NCBI GenBank assembly: GCA_937146725.1
Contig: CAKZRU010000110.1
Location: 13,737-77,736, forward strand
DNA from: an uncultured Myxococcales bacterium
Lineage (GTDB): Bacteria; Myxococcota_A; Bradymonadia; UBA7976; VGTA01
Length of the DNA: 64,000 bases
Direction of reading: 5' to 3'
In this document: positions 17,438-27,809 of the stretch, piece after piece
Position numbering within the stretch: position 1 is the stretch's first letter
Layout: every line of letters starts with the position of its first letter
Translations under genes and position numbers: made by a program
The notes under the pieces: model-generated
What the model was told of the DNA's origin: nothing
The model's input: the letters and a program-made list of their open reading frames with translations, nothing else
Databases searched by the model: none

Positions 17438-19197
17438 TAGCTGGCTCCTGTAGCTAAACGAATAAGAACTGCGGTAATGCTGGTGAGTGCTTCACCAATG
17501 ATCAGACCGGCAGCAAAGGGAACGATATGACTGCCCATCCAAGCTCGACCTTTAGACTTTTCTAGCCCAATCGCAATCACGCTACCTACCGCATAAGTAA
17601 GAGTCACCGAAAAGGGGAGATACATCGCTAGGCCGACTAAAACACCTAACCCACTGATCGGAAAAACACCTAAACTTAGGCCAATCACTGCACCCACTAT
17701 GTATTTATCAAGAGGGGCGTCTCCGCTTGCTAAGCCCAGCAAAATACCTTGTAATGCATCACCTTGAGGTGCGCTTAGACCGGATGTAGCACCTGGGCCA
17801 AAGCCACCACCGTCAGGTGTCCACAACAAATAAAGAACACCGACTGCAACCGGTACACCAACCCATGAAAAACCAAGCTGGGCTAACTGCTGACTTCTTG
17901 GAGAAGCACCAATCATGTGACCCGCTTTTAGGTCCGACATCATATCTGCACATTGGCCAATACCAACACACACAGCAACACCTAAAATAATCGCAACAAC
18001 ACTATCACCACCCGAGAGGAAATACATGAGGGTAACCCCAATCAATGACATTCCCGATAATGGACTGATATCGGTGACTCCGGTCGCCTGAGCGACCACT
18101 AGACCAGCTAAAATAAGCCATACAAAACCAACAACAGCAATCAACGCACAGGCAGCTAAACTCATTTTGGAGCTGGCAATGACCGCAGCCGCAAATAAGA
18201 GCAAGAAGGCAGACACCGCAGCAATCCCCAAAGCCTTTGCATCCAATTCATCCGGACTATCCCCACTGCTAGTTTGGGCAGCATTGGATAGACTTTTGAG
18301 CGCCCCCTTTAGTGCGGGCAAACTTGCGACAACACCTGCCATGGCACCACCGATCAAGGTGCCAATCCCCAAAGGACGAAGCATTGCTTTATACAAGGCC
18401 TGTCCTTGGAGTTCCAAAACCTTACCAGCTTGGGTGCCAAGGTCTAGTCCAAGAGATTCGGCACTAGGTAACCAACCAAGAGAGGTTACTAAGGGACTAA
18501 TAATCCACCAAGCTAAAATACCTCCAGCCACAAAAGGAAGCCCACCACCACCAGCCAGCATTCCAGCTCCAATACTTGCAAAGGAAATCCCTAATACAAT
18601 TGGGAAATAAGCTGGAATACTGAGCAGACCTCCTAAATTAAAGTCACTTATGCCACTCAATTCGGAAGCGACATGAAATAGGGTGGCAATGACAAAGCCA
18701 AGCCCAAGTAACTTAGCCTGCTTAGCACCGGCACCTGGGCTTTTAAGTAAGCTTGCTACGGCAATTCCACTAGGAAAGCGCAAACGTTCAAATTCAATCA
18801 TTTGTTTACGTAGTGGAATAATGATGACAATCCCCAAAAAGGTACCGGCAATTGCCGATAAAATCGCCGAGGTAGGGCTAAAGTCTGCGCCCATTAAAAA
18901 TAAAGCGGGTAGGGTAAAAACTACACCAGCACTGGCATTATTTACTCCAGAAGCAATGGTTTGATTGATGTTGTTTTCAATAATTGAAGATTGATCAACA
19001 GCAAGCTTTAAAACCCCAAAGCCAATGATCGCCGCCACGGTTGAGCCACCTAGGCTAAAGCCTAATTTCAAAGCAATATACACAAAGGCGGCATTCATAA
19101 GAGAGCCGATCAAGATCCCTAAAATCACCGCTATCGGCGTAAGCTCACGATAAGGTTTAGGGGTGGCTTGATTTTGAGAAGAAGGAAGGTCGTTCAT
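17437..19197 (-). CDS. OPT-family oligopeptide transporter
   Basis: 586 aa and polytopic. The N-terminal YRELTPIAVILGILIGSLMNAAFVYIALKLGFS is typical of the OPT superfamily. Confidence 0.8.
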   Translation of the reverse strand: MNDLPSSQNQATPKPYRELTPIAVILGILIGSLMNAAFVYIALKLGFSLGGSTVAAIIGFGVLKLAVDQSSIIENNINQTIASGVNNASAGVVFTLPALFLMGADFSPTSAILSAIAGTFLGIVIIIPLRKQMIEFERLRFPSGIAVASLLKSPGAGAKQAKLLGLGFVIATLFHVASELSGISDFNLGGLLSIPAYFPIVLGISFASIGAGMLAGGGGLPFVAGGILAWWIISPLVTSLGWLPSAESLGLDLGTQAGKVLELQGQALYKAMLRPLGIGTLIGGAMAGVVASLPALKGALKSLSNAAQTSSGDSPDELDAKALGIAAVSAFLLLFAAAVIASSKMSLAACALIAVVGFVWLILAGLVVAQATGVTDISPLSGMSLIGVTLMYFLSGGDSVVAIILGVAVCVGIGQCADMMSDLKAGHMIGASPRSQQLAQLGFSWVGVPVAVGVLYLLWTPDGGGFGPGATSGLSAPQGDALQGILLGLASGDAPLDKYIVGAVIGLSLGVFPISGLGVLVGLAMYLPFSVTLTYAVGSVIAIGLEKSKGRAWMGSHIVPFAAGLIIGEALTSITAVLIRLATGAS

Positions 19198-19416
19198 GAG
19201 TCTCCTGTATGATAAAGTGATAAAATGAGATCAAAAGTATAATGTAGACTATAAAGAGTAAATTACAGATAAAGCCGATGAGTTAAAGTCACTAATTCAT
19301 CTTGATCTCTTGTTTTAATATGAGATCTTTGAGCAAGTCCAAAGACGATCAAAGATATATCTTTAAAATCGTATGGATCTTTTAACAAATTAGTCGATTT
19401 CAAAGAAGAGATACTC

Positions 19417-21381
19417 TTGCGTTATAGCTTATACAAAATCCTAATGATCTTATCTTCTTGCACTTTTTGCCTGAGCTTTCTAGAACCGGTTCAAGCCAAA
19501 GAGTATGAAGATCATCAATATAGAACACTTTGGGCCAAGGAGCTTACGCGTTGGACTGCTTATTGCACAACTCGGTCAGAACGTTCAGAGCCAATTTTTA
19601 ATGGCTGTGGCTCACGTTTTCAAGCAATCAAGGCGACCCAATCTTTGTTCCGCCGCGTTAGAATCGATGGTTTTGTTCACAGTGGGCCACCTTTAGTAGA
19701 AGCAGTATATGTTCAGCAGTGGCTTAATCGTCAAAAAAAAGCAGGACTGACTTCGCGTGAGAGAAGCGCTTTGATCGAGCTTGCTCATGAAGCGTTGCAA
19801 GCCACAGGTGATCTATATTGGTTTAATGTGTTGAAGCAGACTTTAACCCAAAGTATCTGGTTCTCAGGGATCTCTTGCCATCTGCAAGACCCCTGTGCTG
19901 TCGAGTTATTAGTCGTACTAAAAAGTATGCTTTGGCTTCAGCAAAAGCAAGCTCAGCTCAGCCAAGCCCCAAGCATAACTTGGTCAGAACAGGAAGCATA
20001 CATTGTTCAACGTATTCCTGCCCTATTGGCTGTCGCCAAATATTTGAGCCAAAATCATCCGCAAGGCCAGCTGAAAAATGATCAAAAACGATTAAATGCA
20101 CATTCTTTGTGGGCACTCAGAGCTCAATTGGCGAGTTTAAGCTTACCTAGCACTGAGTTTGTAGCTTGGTGGAAAGGTGAGCAAGAACAGTTTAATAGTG
20201 CGCAACCGGTATCTGAGCAAACAACAAGTCGCTTTGGGCTCAACTTTAGTCGAATGATGGGGCTTGGGTCTTTGCTCCAAAGGTTAAAACAAGAGCCCAA
20301 ACTTAATCAGGAATCAGCCAGCAAAAAACTCTTGCAACTTTATCATACACACGCAAAACAAGCGATGGAGGTTTACTTAAAGCATAGACGTAATTATCAA
20401 GAGTATAACAACCCAATCAATGCTTTTGGTGTGATCGCCTTAAGCTCAGAATTAACCGAACAAGATTTTGCCTGGCGAGCACCGGTTAAACGTTGGCGCT
20501 ATCCACAATTCCAATTCAAACCAGAGCAATTACCGCAGATCAAACTTCAGGCCGACGGTATGTTTTCTAAGTTGGCGATCAAAGATCGAGATACGCGCCG
20601 TGGTATGTATTTTGTGCGTCCTAATGGCCAAGAGTTACTTGAAACAGAAGTTGATCTTATCCGACCTGAATTTTTACAAGTACGGTATACGCAGGATATG
20701 CTTGCTGTTTATCCGTTTTTTGACCAAAAGCCAAAACGAGCCTTACTCATAGGTTTAGGAGGTGGCTCTATGGTACACGCCTTACATGCTTATGACCCAA
20801 GCTTAGATTTAGAAGTCGTGGAAATAGATCCGGTCGTTGTCCGCTTTGCTCGAGATTATTTTGGAATCCAAAACTTAGAAACTAGAGCTCAACAAACAGA
20901 TACTAAGCTCAAGGTTCTGACTGCTGATGGCTTTGATTATTTAAAACCTAATTCCGCACAGAGTGAAACTGCCACAACAAAGCAGCGCTATGACATTATT
21001 TGGATGGATGCTTTCTTACAGCCTACTTCGGAAACAGATAGTACAGGAAGCCCCCTAAACCTAAAAACAGTAGAGTTTCTAAAGGTAATTCGTGACACTA
21101 AACTCAGTCAAAAAGGTGTGCTGGCGATCAATATTAATCACCATGAGGGCCTAAAGCGCGACTTTGACAGCATCAGAGCCGCCTTTCCAGCTTCAAGTAT
21201 TTGGCAAGTCCCGGAAACCGGTAATTATATCGCCTTGGGTTTTAAAACTGTACCTCAGCAAAGTGTTCAACAATTGATGAACTTGGCCAAGCATTATACC
21301 CAAAAGCAAGCAAGTCCGTTTAACTATCGGTATCTGCTTGAGCGAGCTCTAGAGAATATACAACCTAGTATGAAGCCCTAA
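19417..21381 (+). CDS. Spermidine-synthase-like class I methyltransferase-fold domain fused to a ~400-aa N-terminal domain of unknown function with a signal-peptide-like start
   Basis: The C-terminus reads LLIGLGGGSMVHAL..LEVVEIDPVVVRFARDYF..LTADGFDYL..YDIIWMDAF. The N-terminus reads MRYSLYKILMILSSCTFCLSFLEPVQA. TTG start. Confidence 0.6.
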   Translation: MRYSLYKILMILSSCTFCLSFLEPVQAKEYEDHQYRTLWAKELTRWTAYCTTRSERSEPIFNGCGSRFQAIKATQSLFRRVRIDGFVHSGPPLVEAVYVQQWLNRQKKAGLTSRERSALIELAHEALQATGDLYWFNVLKQTLTQSIWFSGISCHLQDPCAVELLVVLKSMLWLQQKQAQLSQAPSITWSEQEAYIVQRIPALLAVAKYLSQNHPQGQLKNDQKRLNAHSLWALRAQLASLSLPSTEFVAWWKGEQEQFNSAQPVSEQTTSRFGLNFSRMMGLGSLLQRLKQEPKLNQESASKKLLQLYHTHAKQAMEVYLKHRRNYQEYNNPINAFGVIALSSELTEQDFAWRAPVKRWRYPQFQFKPEQLPQIKLQADGMFSKLAIKDRDTRRGMYFVRPNGQELLETEVDLIRPEFLQVRYTQDMLAVYPFFDQKPKRALLIGLGGGSMVHALHAYDPSLDLEVVEIDPVVVRFARDYFGIQNLETRAQQTDTKLKVLTADGFDYLKPNSAQSETATTKQRYDIIWMDAFLQPTSETDSTGSPLNLKTVEFLKVIRDTKLSQKGVLAININHHEGLKRDFDSIRAAFPASSIWQVPETGNYIALGFKTVPQQSVQQLMNLAKHYTQKQASPFNYRYLLERALENIQPSMKP

Positions 21382-21385
21382 ATCA

Positions 21386-22108
21386 TCAAGGTACATTTAC
21401 TTTTAGTTTAAACTCAACCCGACGATTTAAACGATGACCTTCGGCATCTTCGCGTAGGGATTCAGGATCATGACTACCTAAACCGACCGGTTCTAGTCTA
21501 CGCTCTTCAACACCTGCTGATTTATAAAATCCAACCACTGATTTGGCTCGACGATCGCTCAAAGCCATGTTGTATTCCATAGTGCCTCGAGAATCGCAGT
21601 GACCTTCAATAATGATGTCTGTATCAGGGTGTTCCCGAATCCATGCAAGATTTTCGTTGAGTGTTTCGATCGTGTCTGAAGTCAGACTCGAAGCATCAAA
21701 ACCAAAGTAAACTGTTTTGAGTTCACCCGCATCAAGTGATTCAAAAGGTTCAATGGCTTGAGCATCATCATCGGTAGGTAATTCAACTTCTTGAGTTTGC
21801 TCTTCGGGCTCCGGTGGAACTTCACAGGGTTTACCTTGGGTTTCATCGGCCACTTCTTGAGCGAGTTCACGGGCCGCACTTGCTTGGGCTCGTGCTTCAT
21901 CATACTTTTTTTCATCAAAAAGCTTTTGTGCCTTGGCATAGCTATCTTCAGCGAGTTTTAAAGAATCATGGGCGCAACCTAGCTTTCTTACCGACTCTAA
22001 GACAGACATGGTCTTAGTGAGTTCATCCTTAGCCGGACGAGCACTGCTACATCCATATAAGGCACTAAAGATAAAGACTAAACTCAATACCACTAACTGT
22101 TTGGGCAT
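21386..22108 (-). CDS. pal: Peptidoglycan-associated lipoprotein Pal (OmpA C-terminal domain)
   Basis: I moved the start to ATG 22108, which gives MPKQLVVLSLVFIFSALYGC (lipoprotein signal). The OmpA-like VYFGFDASSL...NMALSDRRA...NRRVEF follows. It lies directly downstream of tolB. Confidence 0.85.
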   Translation of the reverse strand: MPKQLVVLSLVFIFSALYGCSSARPAKDELTKTMSVLESVRKLGCAHDSLKLAEDSYAKAQKLFDEKKYDEARAQASAARELAQEVADETQGKPCEVPPEPEEQTQEVELPTDDDAQAIEPFESLDAGELKTVYFGFDASSLTSDTIETLNENLAWIREHPDTDIIIEGHCDSRGTMEYNMALSDRRAKSVVGFYKSAGVEERRLEPVGLGSHDPESLREDAEGHRLNRRVEFKLKVNVP

Positions 22109-22187
22109 GGTGATGATTATTGCTTGATTCTTTGGGCTGATTACACTCTGTTTAGAATTATACATAAGATTCTCCTCAAGGCCTAGA

Positions 22188-23594
22188 TTAACGTCCCCAA
22201 GATGGTGTGATATATCCACCACCTTGAGTGAGTCTTTGTTGGGTAAATCCATCGCCGGTCATGATATATAATTCAGAGCGACCGGTACGAGTGCTCGAGA
22301 ATACAATATGACGTCCATCAGGAGAAAATGATGGTTCTTCATTATTGCCTTGGTTTTGGGTAAGTCGACGAACTTGGGTAGGGTCCTTGGGGTCGATGGT
22401 AAAGATATCAAAAACAAAGTTTTCATCCCGTGAGGTATAGGCAATTAAATCACCTTTAGGGCTCCAATCAGGACTTTGGTTATATTTACCTTGATAGGTT
22501 AAACGTCTTTTATTACTTCCATCGGCATTCATGACCCAAAGCTGTGGTGAGCCTTCTCGATCACTTACAAAGGCAATTTGCTTACCATCCGGAGACCAGG
22601 TTGGAGAAATATCGATGCTTTTATGTCGGGTGAGTCGACGCAGGATCTCACCGGTGCTAGGATTAAGTAAATATAAATCACTAGACCCTTGATAACTCAG
22701 CACGACAACTAATAAACGTCCATCAGGACTCAACGCAGCTCCCATATTTAGGCCACGTCTTGCACTCAAGCGAGTAATCTTTCCATTTTTAGTAGAAAAG
22801 AGGTGTGGTCCTCCATCTCGATAGCTTGTAAAAAAGATTTCTCCCTTGGCTAAGTGAGGAAGTAGGTTTGTTTTAGTGCCTTTAACAACAGTGGTTGTAT
22901 TACGGCCATCGGCTGACACTAAGACAATTGACTTACCTCGAGCTCCTTTGCGAACGGCAGCGATCTGCGTACCAAAGAATCCCGGTGTGTTTGTATAAAA
23001 CTTAATGACTTGATTAATGAAGCGATGGACATGGGCACGAATGGCCTTGGGATCCAAGGCAATGGAAGTTGCTTCATCAACATTATCTGCTAGCTTCACC
23101 TGCTTTTTTTCATCAACATCAAAAAGCTTGAGAGTCACCCGTGCCTTATTTCCTTCAATCGCAAAGCTCGATTTGATAAGACCTTGAGTGCCTGCATTAA
23201 ACCAGTTCACAAACTTAGGACTCATGCCTTCGGAACTAGGATCAGCGGGATAAAGCTCTCTTTCAAGAAGATCAAAGTACCCAGAAAGTTTTAGACTTTG
23301 CTCCAAAGTTCCACCTAATTGCTCCGTAAGCCCAATCGTATCGAGAGCCGTACCCACATTTAAAGCCTTTGGAGTCGCAATCACAAAGCGAGTCACCTGT
23401 GAAGCGTTCACCTCTACCTTAATGCCGTCAGTTTCTTGAGCGCTTGCTGTGATGCTGTACAAGCATGAGGCTGTGATTGTAAGAGTAAGCAAAGCCTTTA
23501 AAATATTTGAAAAAGTAAGTTGCGACTTACGAGTTTGCTGCATCTTATATCGAGTAATCGTTTTCATACCTAACCTTTTGTCTGTCAGTATCAA
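22188..23594 (-). CDS. tolB: Tol-Pal system beta-propeller protein TolB
   Basis: Repeated SPDG/SPKG..(I/L)A(F/Y)(V/T)S..G...L(W/Y)(V/I)M blades, preceded by a TolB N-terminal domain. Confidence 0.9.
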   Translation of the reverse strand: MILTDKRLGMKTITRYKMQQTRKSQLTFSNILKALLTLTITASCLYSITASAQETDGIKVEVNASQVTRFVIATPKALNVGTALDTIGLTEQLGGTLEQSLKLSGYFDLLERELYPADPSSEGMSPKFVNWFNAGTQGLIKSSFAIEGNKARVTLKLFDVDEKKQVKLADNVDEATSIALDPKAIRAHVHRFINQVIKFYTNTPGFFGTQIAAVRKGARGKSIVLVSADGRNTTTVVKGTKTNLLPHLAKGEIFFTSYRDGGPHLFSTKNGKITRLSARRGLNMGAALSPDGRLLVVVLSYQGSSDLYLLNPSTGEILRRLTRHKSIDISPTWSPDGKQIAFVSDREGSPQLWVMNADGSNKRRLTYQGKYNQSPDWSPKGDLIAYTSRDENFVFDIFTIDPKDPTQVRRLTQNQGNNEEPSFSPDGRHIVFSSTRTGRSELYIMTGDGFTQQRLTQGGGYITPSWGR

Positions 23595-23711
23595 TAAACT
23601 ATGCTTTATGGCTAACAGATGACATAGAAGATTTATTCGCCATAATGACTAAGTTGCTTAGATAACTTGTTTTTATCTAAATCTCAATCCTTAGTCGATG
23701 GAGTCAAGAGA

Positions 23712-24623
23712 TTATCGGTATGATGGAGGTGGAGGCGCATAGCGGTTTTCATCAGGGAAAGCTTTAGGGTAGGGTTGTGGCCGTGACGAAATAACTCCTT
23801 TGCGTCTTAGACCTTGCTCACTATCATATTGAAGCACTAAGACTTGGTTGGGTTGACTTGATGCTCTGATAAACTCTGTATTTTCCACTGCGCTATGACG
23901 TCTTTCTCCATAACGAGTACCAATCTCGCTTTGGGTGGATTCTCTTCTTTTTTGTCTTCGACGAGAATGTCGTGTTGAGCTAGATGTTCTCGAACTACGG
24001 CTTTTATATCTTGATGGGGTAGGTGCTGCCAAAGAGTCAGCTTCTTCCTCTCCTCGATTTAAATCATACTCTGGCTCAGCAGCTCTGACCTGAGCCGGCA
24101 CATGATAGACTTGCTCCTGTTCTGAGAACAAAGCCACACCGATGACTCCAATATTCATTCCGGTACCAAGTCTTCCAGCATAACTATCACCGGGGGTGGT
24201 AAAGCGAAAGGCTGCAACTTCCGAGTCAGAGCGCCTAAAGCCTTCGATGTTAAATTGTGAATATGGACCTACCACATAGCCACGGTTATCATAATGACCA
24301 GCAGAACCATTAATCACATCTCTACCATCAACAGTCATAACCAATTCAAAGCGTTCTGAAGAATGATTAATCACTCTGAGCATATATCTTTGGTTGTAAC
24401 GACCCATTACATAATATTGTCCTTGATGATAATAATTAGGTAAGGCGGTTTGGTTTGCATCAACAACTTTAATTTCCACTGAGCCCACATAAAAAGCCTG
24501 TCCAGACTTTGCTGTTAACGCCAAAGCAAAGAGCAAAGCAGTCAACATCAAAACGGGGGTGAGTTTTAGTTTGAGAATGATGCTCTTTAATCTTGAAAAG
24601 TAGGGGTGGTCACTTGTTAGCAT
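23712..24623 (-). CDS. Hypothetical membrane-anchored/secreted protein with an Arg/Ser-rich C-terminal region
   Basis: N-terminal hydrophobic helix LTPVLMLTALLFALALTA. No motif I recognise. Confidence 0.45.
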   Translation of the reverse strand: MLTSDHPYFSRLKSIILKLKLTPVLMLTALLFALALTAKSGQAFYVGSVEIKVVDANQTALPNYYHQGQYYVMGRYNQRYMLRVINHSSERFELVMTVDGRDVINGSAGHYDNRGYVVGPYSQFNIEGFRRSDSEVAAFRFTTPGDSYAGRLGTGMNIGVIGVALFSEQEQVYHVPAQVRAAEPEYDLNRGEEEADSLAAPTPSRYKSRSSRTSSSTRHSRRRQKRRESTQSEIGTRYGERRHSAVENTEFIRASSQPNQVLVLQYDSEQGLRRKGVISSRPQPYPKAFPDENRYAPPPPSYR

Positions 24624-24871
24624 AATGCTTCTCTATACTTTCTATACCTTGGTGTGGCTCAGCGTTAAAAACATCTAAAAGCGAAAAGGTATGGTCATGG
24701 TGAGGAAGCTACATAGTGAAGTCATTTCACGAGATCATTTCACCTGCAGCGTCAATCACTACGAGCATTAAAAGCACTTAGTTTTATTTAGAGAGAAAAA
24801 AATAAAAATATGATATGACAGACTCACTATGATGAGCATTTAGTGATGAAAAATAATCAATTGAGGGTGAT

Positions 24872-25960
24872 ATGAAACGATATCCAGCTTATGAGTTTCC
24901 CGAATATGTTGAGTGGACCGAAGACCCAAACGTGATTGAAGCCTATCATCAAGTGACCCAACAAGCAGAACGTTCAGCTTTGATCGAGGCTCTTGATGAA
25001 GTACGCTTACTTGACTTATATAGACAGCTTGTCACAGCGCGCTTACATGACATTCAGCTCAAGCGTTGGGTAAAGCAGGGCGTGATTACCAAAGCTTGGC
25101 TCGGTAGTGGCGAAGAAGCTGTTACCATTGGAATGTGTTCTGCTTTGGGCGAAGGTGATGTGGTTGGTCCGATGATTCGCAACGCAGGCGCACTGATTGC
25201 TAGAGGTGTACCCTTGGATGTGTGCTTTGCCGCTTATTTGGGAACAACTGACACGATCGCCCGAGGTCGAGATTTACATATTGGTGACCCAACTCGTGGC
25301 GTCATTCCTCCCATTAGTCATGTCGGTGATCTTGTACCAGTGATGGCGGGCTGTGCCTTGGCCTTTAAGCTACGCAAAGAACCAAGAGTGGCTATGACTT
25401 GGACCGGAGATGGGGCAACGGCAACCGGTATTTTTCATGAAGGCATGCGTGTTGCTTCTGCTTTGAGTGCTCCTCTTATCAGTGTGATTCAAGATAATCA
25501 AGTCGCTTTGGGAACGCCTAATTCACAGCATCACCATGGTGACTTTAGTGCTTGGGGTGCGGTTTATGGTATTCCCTGTTATGAGGTTGATGGTAACAAT
25601 GTTTTGGATTGTTATGCCGCAGCTCAACTTGCCGCAAACCGTGGTCGACAGGGCTTAGGTGCTAGCTTGATTGTGGCCAAGACTTTTAGAATGGGTGGAC
25701 ATGCTACCCATGATGAACGTGAGGCTCGAGGACTTTTTGATGATAGTGTCTATCAATATTGGGGCGCGCGTGATCCGATTGGCTGTTATGAATCATGGCT
25801 CAAGCGTTATCGGGGCATCAGTGAAGAAACACTGCAAAACATTGAGGCGACCGTGAGTCAAGAGGTGGATGAGGCAGCTCGCTATGCTCAAGCACGTAAA
25901 GTAAGCCATGCACCAGAACCAGAAGAATTAGAGCTAGGTGTTTATGCAGTTCCTCTCTAA
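24872..25960 (+). CDS. TPP-dependent 2-oxoacid dehydrogenase E1 component, alpha subunit
   Basis: 362 aa with WTGDGATATGIFHEGMRVAS (the GDG..N TPP motif region) and an E1-alpha-like layout. Confidence 0.75.
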   Translation: MKRYPAYEFPEYVEWTEDPNVIEAYHQVTQQAERSALIEALDEVRLLDLYRQLVTARLHDIQLKRWVKQGVITKAWLGSGEEAVTIGMCSALGEGDVVGPMIRNAGALIARGVPLDVCFAAYLGTTDTIARGRDLHIGDPTRGVIPPISHVGDLVPVMAGCALAFKLRKEPRVAMTWTGDGATATGIFHEGMRVASALSAPLISVIQDNQVALGTPNSQHHHGDFSAWGAVYGIPCYEVDGNNVLDCYAAAQLAANRGRQGLGASLIVAKTFRMGGHATHDEREARGLFDDSVYQYWGARDPIGCYESWLKRYRGISEETLQNIEATVSQEVDEAARYAQARKVSHAPEPEELELGVYAVPL

Positions 25961-26021
25961 CCAACTTGATCAAAAGATCTAAGTTTAACTTAATGAAGAC
26001 TACAAAGAACTAAGGTGAAAT

Positions 26022-27230
26022 ATGACTCAAAATGCGCATGATGTTGTGATTGTATCAGCAACAAGAAGCCCGATTGGTAAAATTAGAGGTAGCTTATCAA
26101 CCATCAGACCCGATGATATGGCCGCTACAATCATGAAAAGTGCTTTGGAACAAGCTCATTTAGAGGGGGCTGAGCTTGATGAAGTCATCTTGGGCTGTGC
26201 GAATCAAGCCGGAGAAGATAATCGAAACATCGCTCGTATGGCGACAATGCTGGCCGGCTTACCTGAAGAAGTGCCAGCATTTACAGTCAATCGCTTGTGT
26301 GCGAGTGGCTTAACCGCAGTAAATAGCGCTGCTCGCCTCATTCAGTGTGGTGATGCAAGCACTGTTCTCGCGGGTGGTGTGGAGTCGATGAGCCGTGCGC
26401 CATGGGTATTACCTAAGGCTGCTTCTCCCTTTGCGAGTGGCAATCTCACCGCTTATGATAGCTCGCTTGGATGGCGTTTTCCTAATCCTAAAATGGCGGA
26501 GATCTTTCCTTTAGAAGGTATGGGAGAAACGGCCGAAAACCTAGTAGAACGTCATAAGATTAGTCGTGAAGATCAGGATCGTTTTGCCTTGAATAGCCAT
26601 CTTAAAGCTTTGGCCGCTATTGAGTCGGGTGCTTTTAATGATGAGATTACCCCAATTTCTGTGCCTCGCCGTAAGCAAGATCCCATGATTTTTAGCAAAG
26701 ATGAGGGCCCAAGAGCTGGGTCAAGTATGGAAGCCTTAGCAAAGCTTCGAGCAGCCTTTAGAGCGGGGGGAAGCGTGACGGCTGGCAACAGTTCTACTCT
26801 CAATGATGGTGCCTCCGCTTTAGTCCTTATGCGACGAGATCAAGCAGTTGCCAGTGGTAAAGAGATTTTGGCCACTTACCGAGGCTCAGCTTCAGCAGGT
26901 GTAAATCCAAGAGTTATGGGTATTGGACCAGTACCCGCAACGGAAAAGCTATTGAAGAAACTCAACTTGAGTGTGAATGACCTTGATTTAATCGAGCTTA
27001 ATGAGGCCTTTGCTGCCCAATCTTTAGCGGTCATTCGTACTTTAGGTTTAGACGAAACCAAGGTTAATGTGAATGGTGGTGCCATCGCCTTAGGTCATCC
27101 ACTAGGATGTAGTGGAGCAAGAATCTTAACGACATTGATTTATGCATTAAGAAAGCGTGGTGGCGGTCGTGGACTGGCAACCCTTTGTGTAGGTGTCGGA
27201 CAAGGTGTTGCTACCTGTATTGAGGTTTAA
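26022..27230 (+). CDS. Acetyl-CoA acetyltransferase (thiolase II)
   Basis: VNRLCASGL (active-site Cys), [25 protein letters not shown] and CVGVGQG motifs. Confidence 0.9.
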   Translation: MTQNAHDVVIVSATRSPIGKIRGSLSTIRPDDMAATIMKSALEQAHLEGAELDEVILGCANQAGEDNRNIARMATMLAGLPEEVPAFTVNRLCASGLTAVNSAARLIQCGDASTVLAGGVESMSRAPWVLPKAASPFASGNLTAYDSSLGWRFPNPKMAEIFPLEGMGETAENLVERHKISREDQDRFALNSHLKALAAIESGAFNDEITPISVPRRKQDPMIFSKDEGPRAGSSMEALAKLRAAFRAGGSVTAGNSSTLNDGASALVLMRRDQAVASGKEILATYRGSASAGVNPRVMGIGPVPATEKLLKKLNLSVNDLDLIELNEAFAAQSLAVIRTLGLDETKVNVNGGAIALGHPLGCSGARILTTLIYALRKRGGGRGLATLCVGVGQGVATCIEV

Positions 27231-27280
27231 CTCTTGTATTAAGATTGAGCGCTTGTCCTAGAACTAAGCTGATCATTAGT

Positions 27281-27709
27281 TTAGTAGCCAAACCAAGGCC
27301 ACAGTGCTCGCCAAGTTCCTAGAGCTAAACCTAGCCAAGACCAAGGAGCGGGCTTACTGTCAACAAACAGTTTACTTAAGTGACACAAGGTATAAAGGCG
27401 AGTAGAGAACTTGCGTATCTTGGTGGTAATCACTTCTAAAGAGAGACTTAAACCAATCATGGTAGCTACAAGGTTGGAGCAAGTCCACATGAGCCAATAG
27501 ATGGGAGTATAAGTCGTACTTAGTCCAGTACTAAGACTATGGTATAAGCCTAAGATCCCAGCAACTAAAGCACAAATACCTAAGATTTCTTTATAAGCCT
27601 CAAGATGATGTAAAGTAATCTTTAGACTTGGTTGTTCGTTGAGTAAAACTTCTTTGCCAACCAAGCCACTTCCCAAGACCAGTATAAAACCAATAAAACT
27701 CTCAAGCAT
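27281..27709 (-). CDS. Hypothetical small integral membrane protein
   Basis: 142 aa with about four hydrophobic segments. No motif I recognise. Confidence 0.45.
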   Translation of the reverse strand: MLESFIGFILVLGSGLVGKEVLLNEQPSLKITLHHLEAYKEILGICALVAGILGLYHSLSTGLSTTYTPIYWLMWTCSNLVATMIGLSLSLEVITTKIRKFSTRLYTLCHLSKLFVDSKPAPWSWLGLALGTWRALWPWFGY

Positions 27710-27726
27710 CAGCTCTGTATAACTCC

Positions 27727-27766
27727 AAAACTAGTGAATTAGAAACTAGTGAATTAGAAACTAGTA
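27727..27766. repeat. 2.6 tandem copies of a 15-bp unit AAACTAGTGAATTAG
   Basis: Read directly, immediately upstream of the minus-strand gene starting at 27709. Confidence 0.85.
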
Positions 27767-27809
27767 AAGTATGTAAGATACGCTAGCCGTTATTGAGCTT
27801 GAGCCAAGT

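Noticed and set aside
18167-18964. Plus-strand ORFs of 147 and 93 aa inside the OPT transporter gene.
   Set aside because: They are fully nested antisense to a 586-aa CDS with clear family motifs, and their Pro/Ala/Ser-rich composition is typical of antisense frames.
22109-22252. The 48-codon N-terminal extension of the pal ORF overlaps the tolB 3' end.
   Set aside because: The internal ATG at 22108 gives a canonical lipoprotein signal peptide and removes the overlap. The extension has no signal features.
27258-27285. Imperfect inverted repeat CTAGAACTAA..TTAGTTTAG between the thiolase gene and a convergent gene, considered as a bidirectional terminator.
   Set aside because: The stem is AT-rich and mismatched, has no flanking T-tract, and overlaps a stop codon. 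The evidence is too weak.
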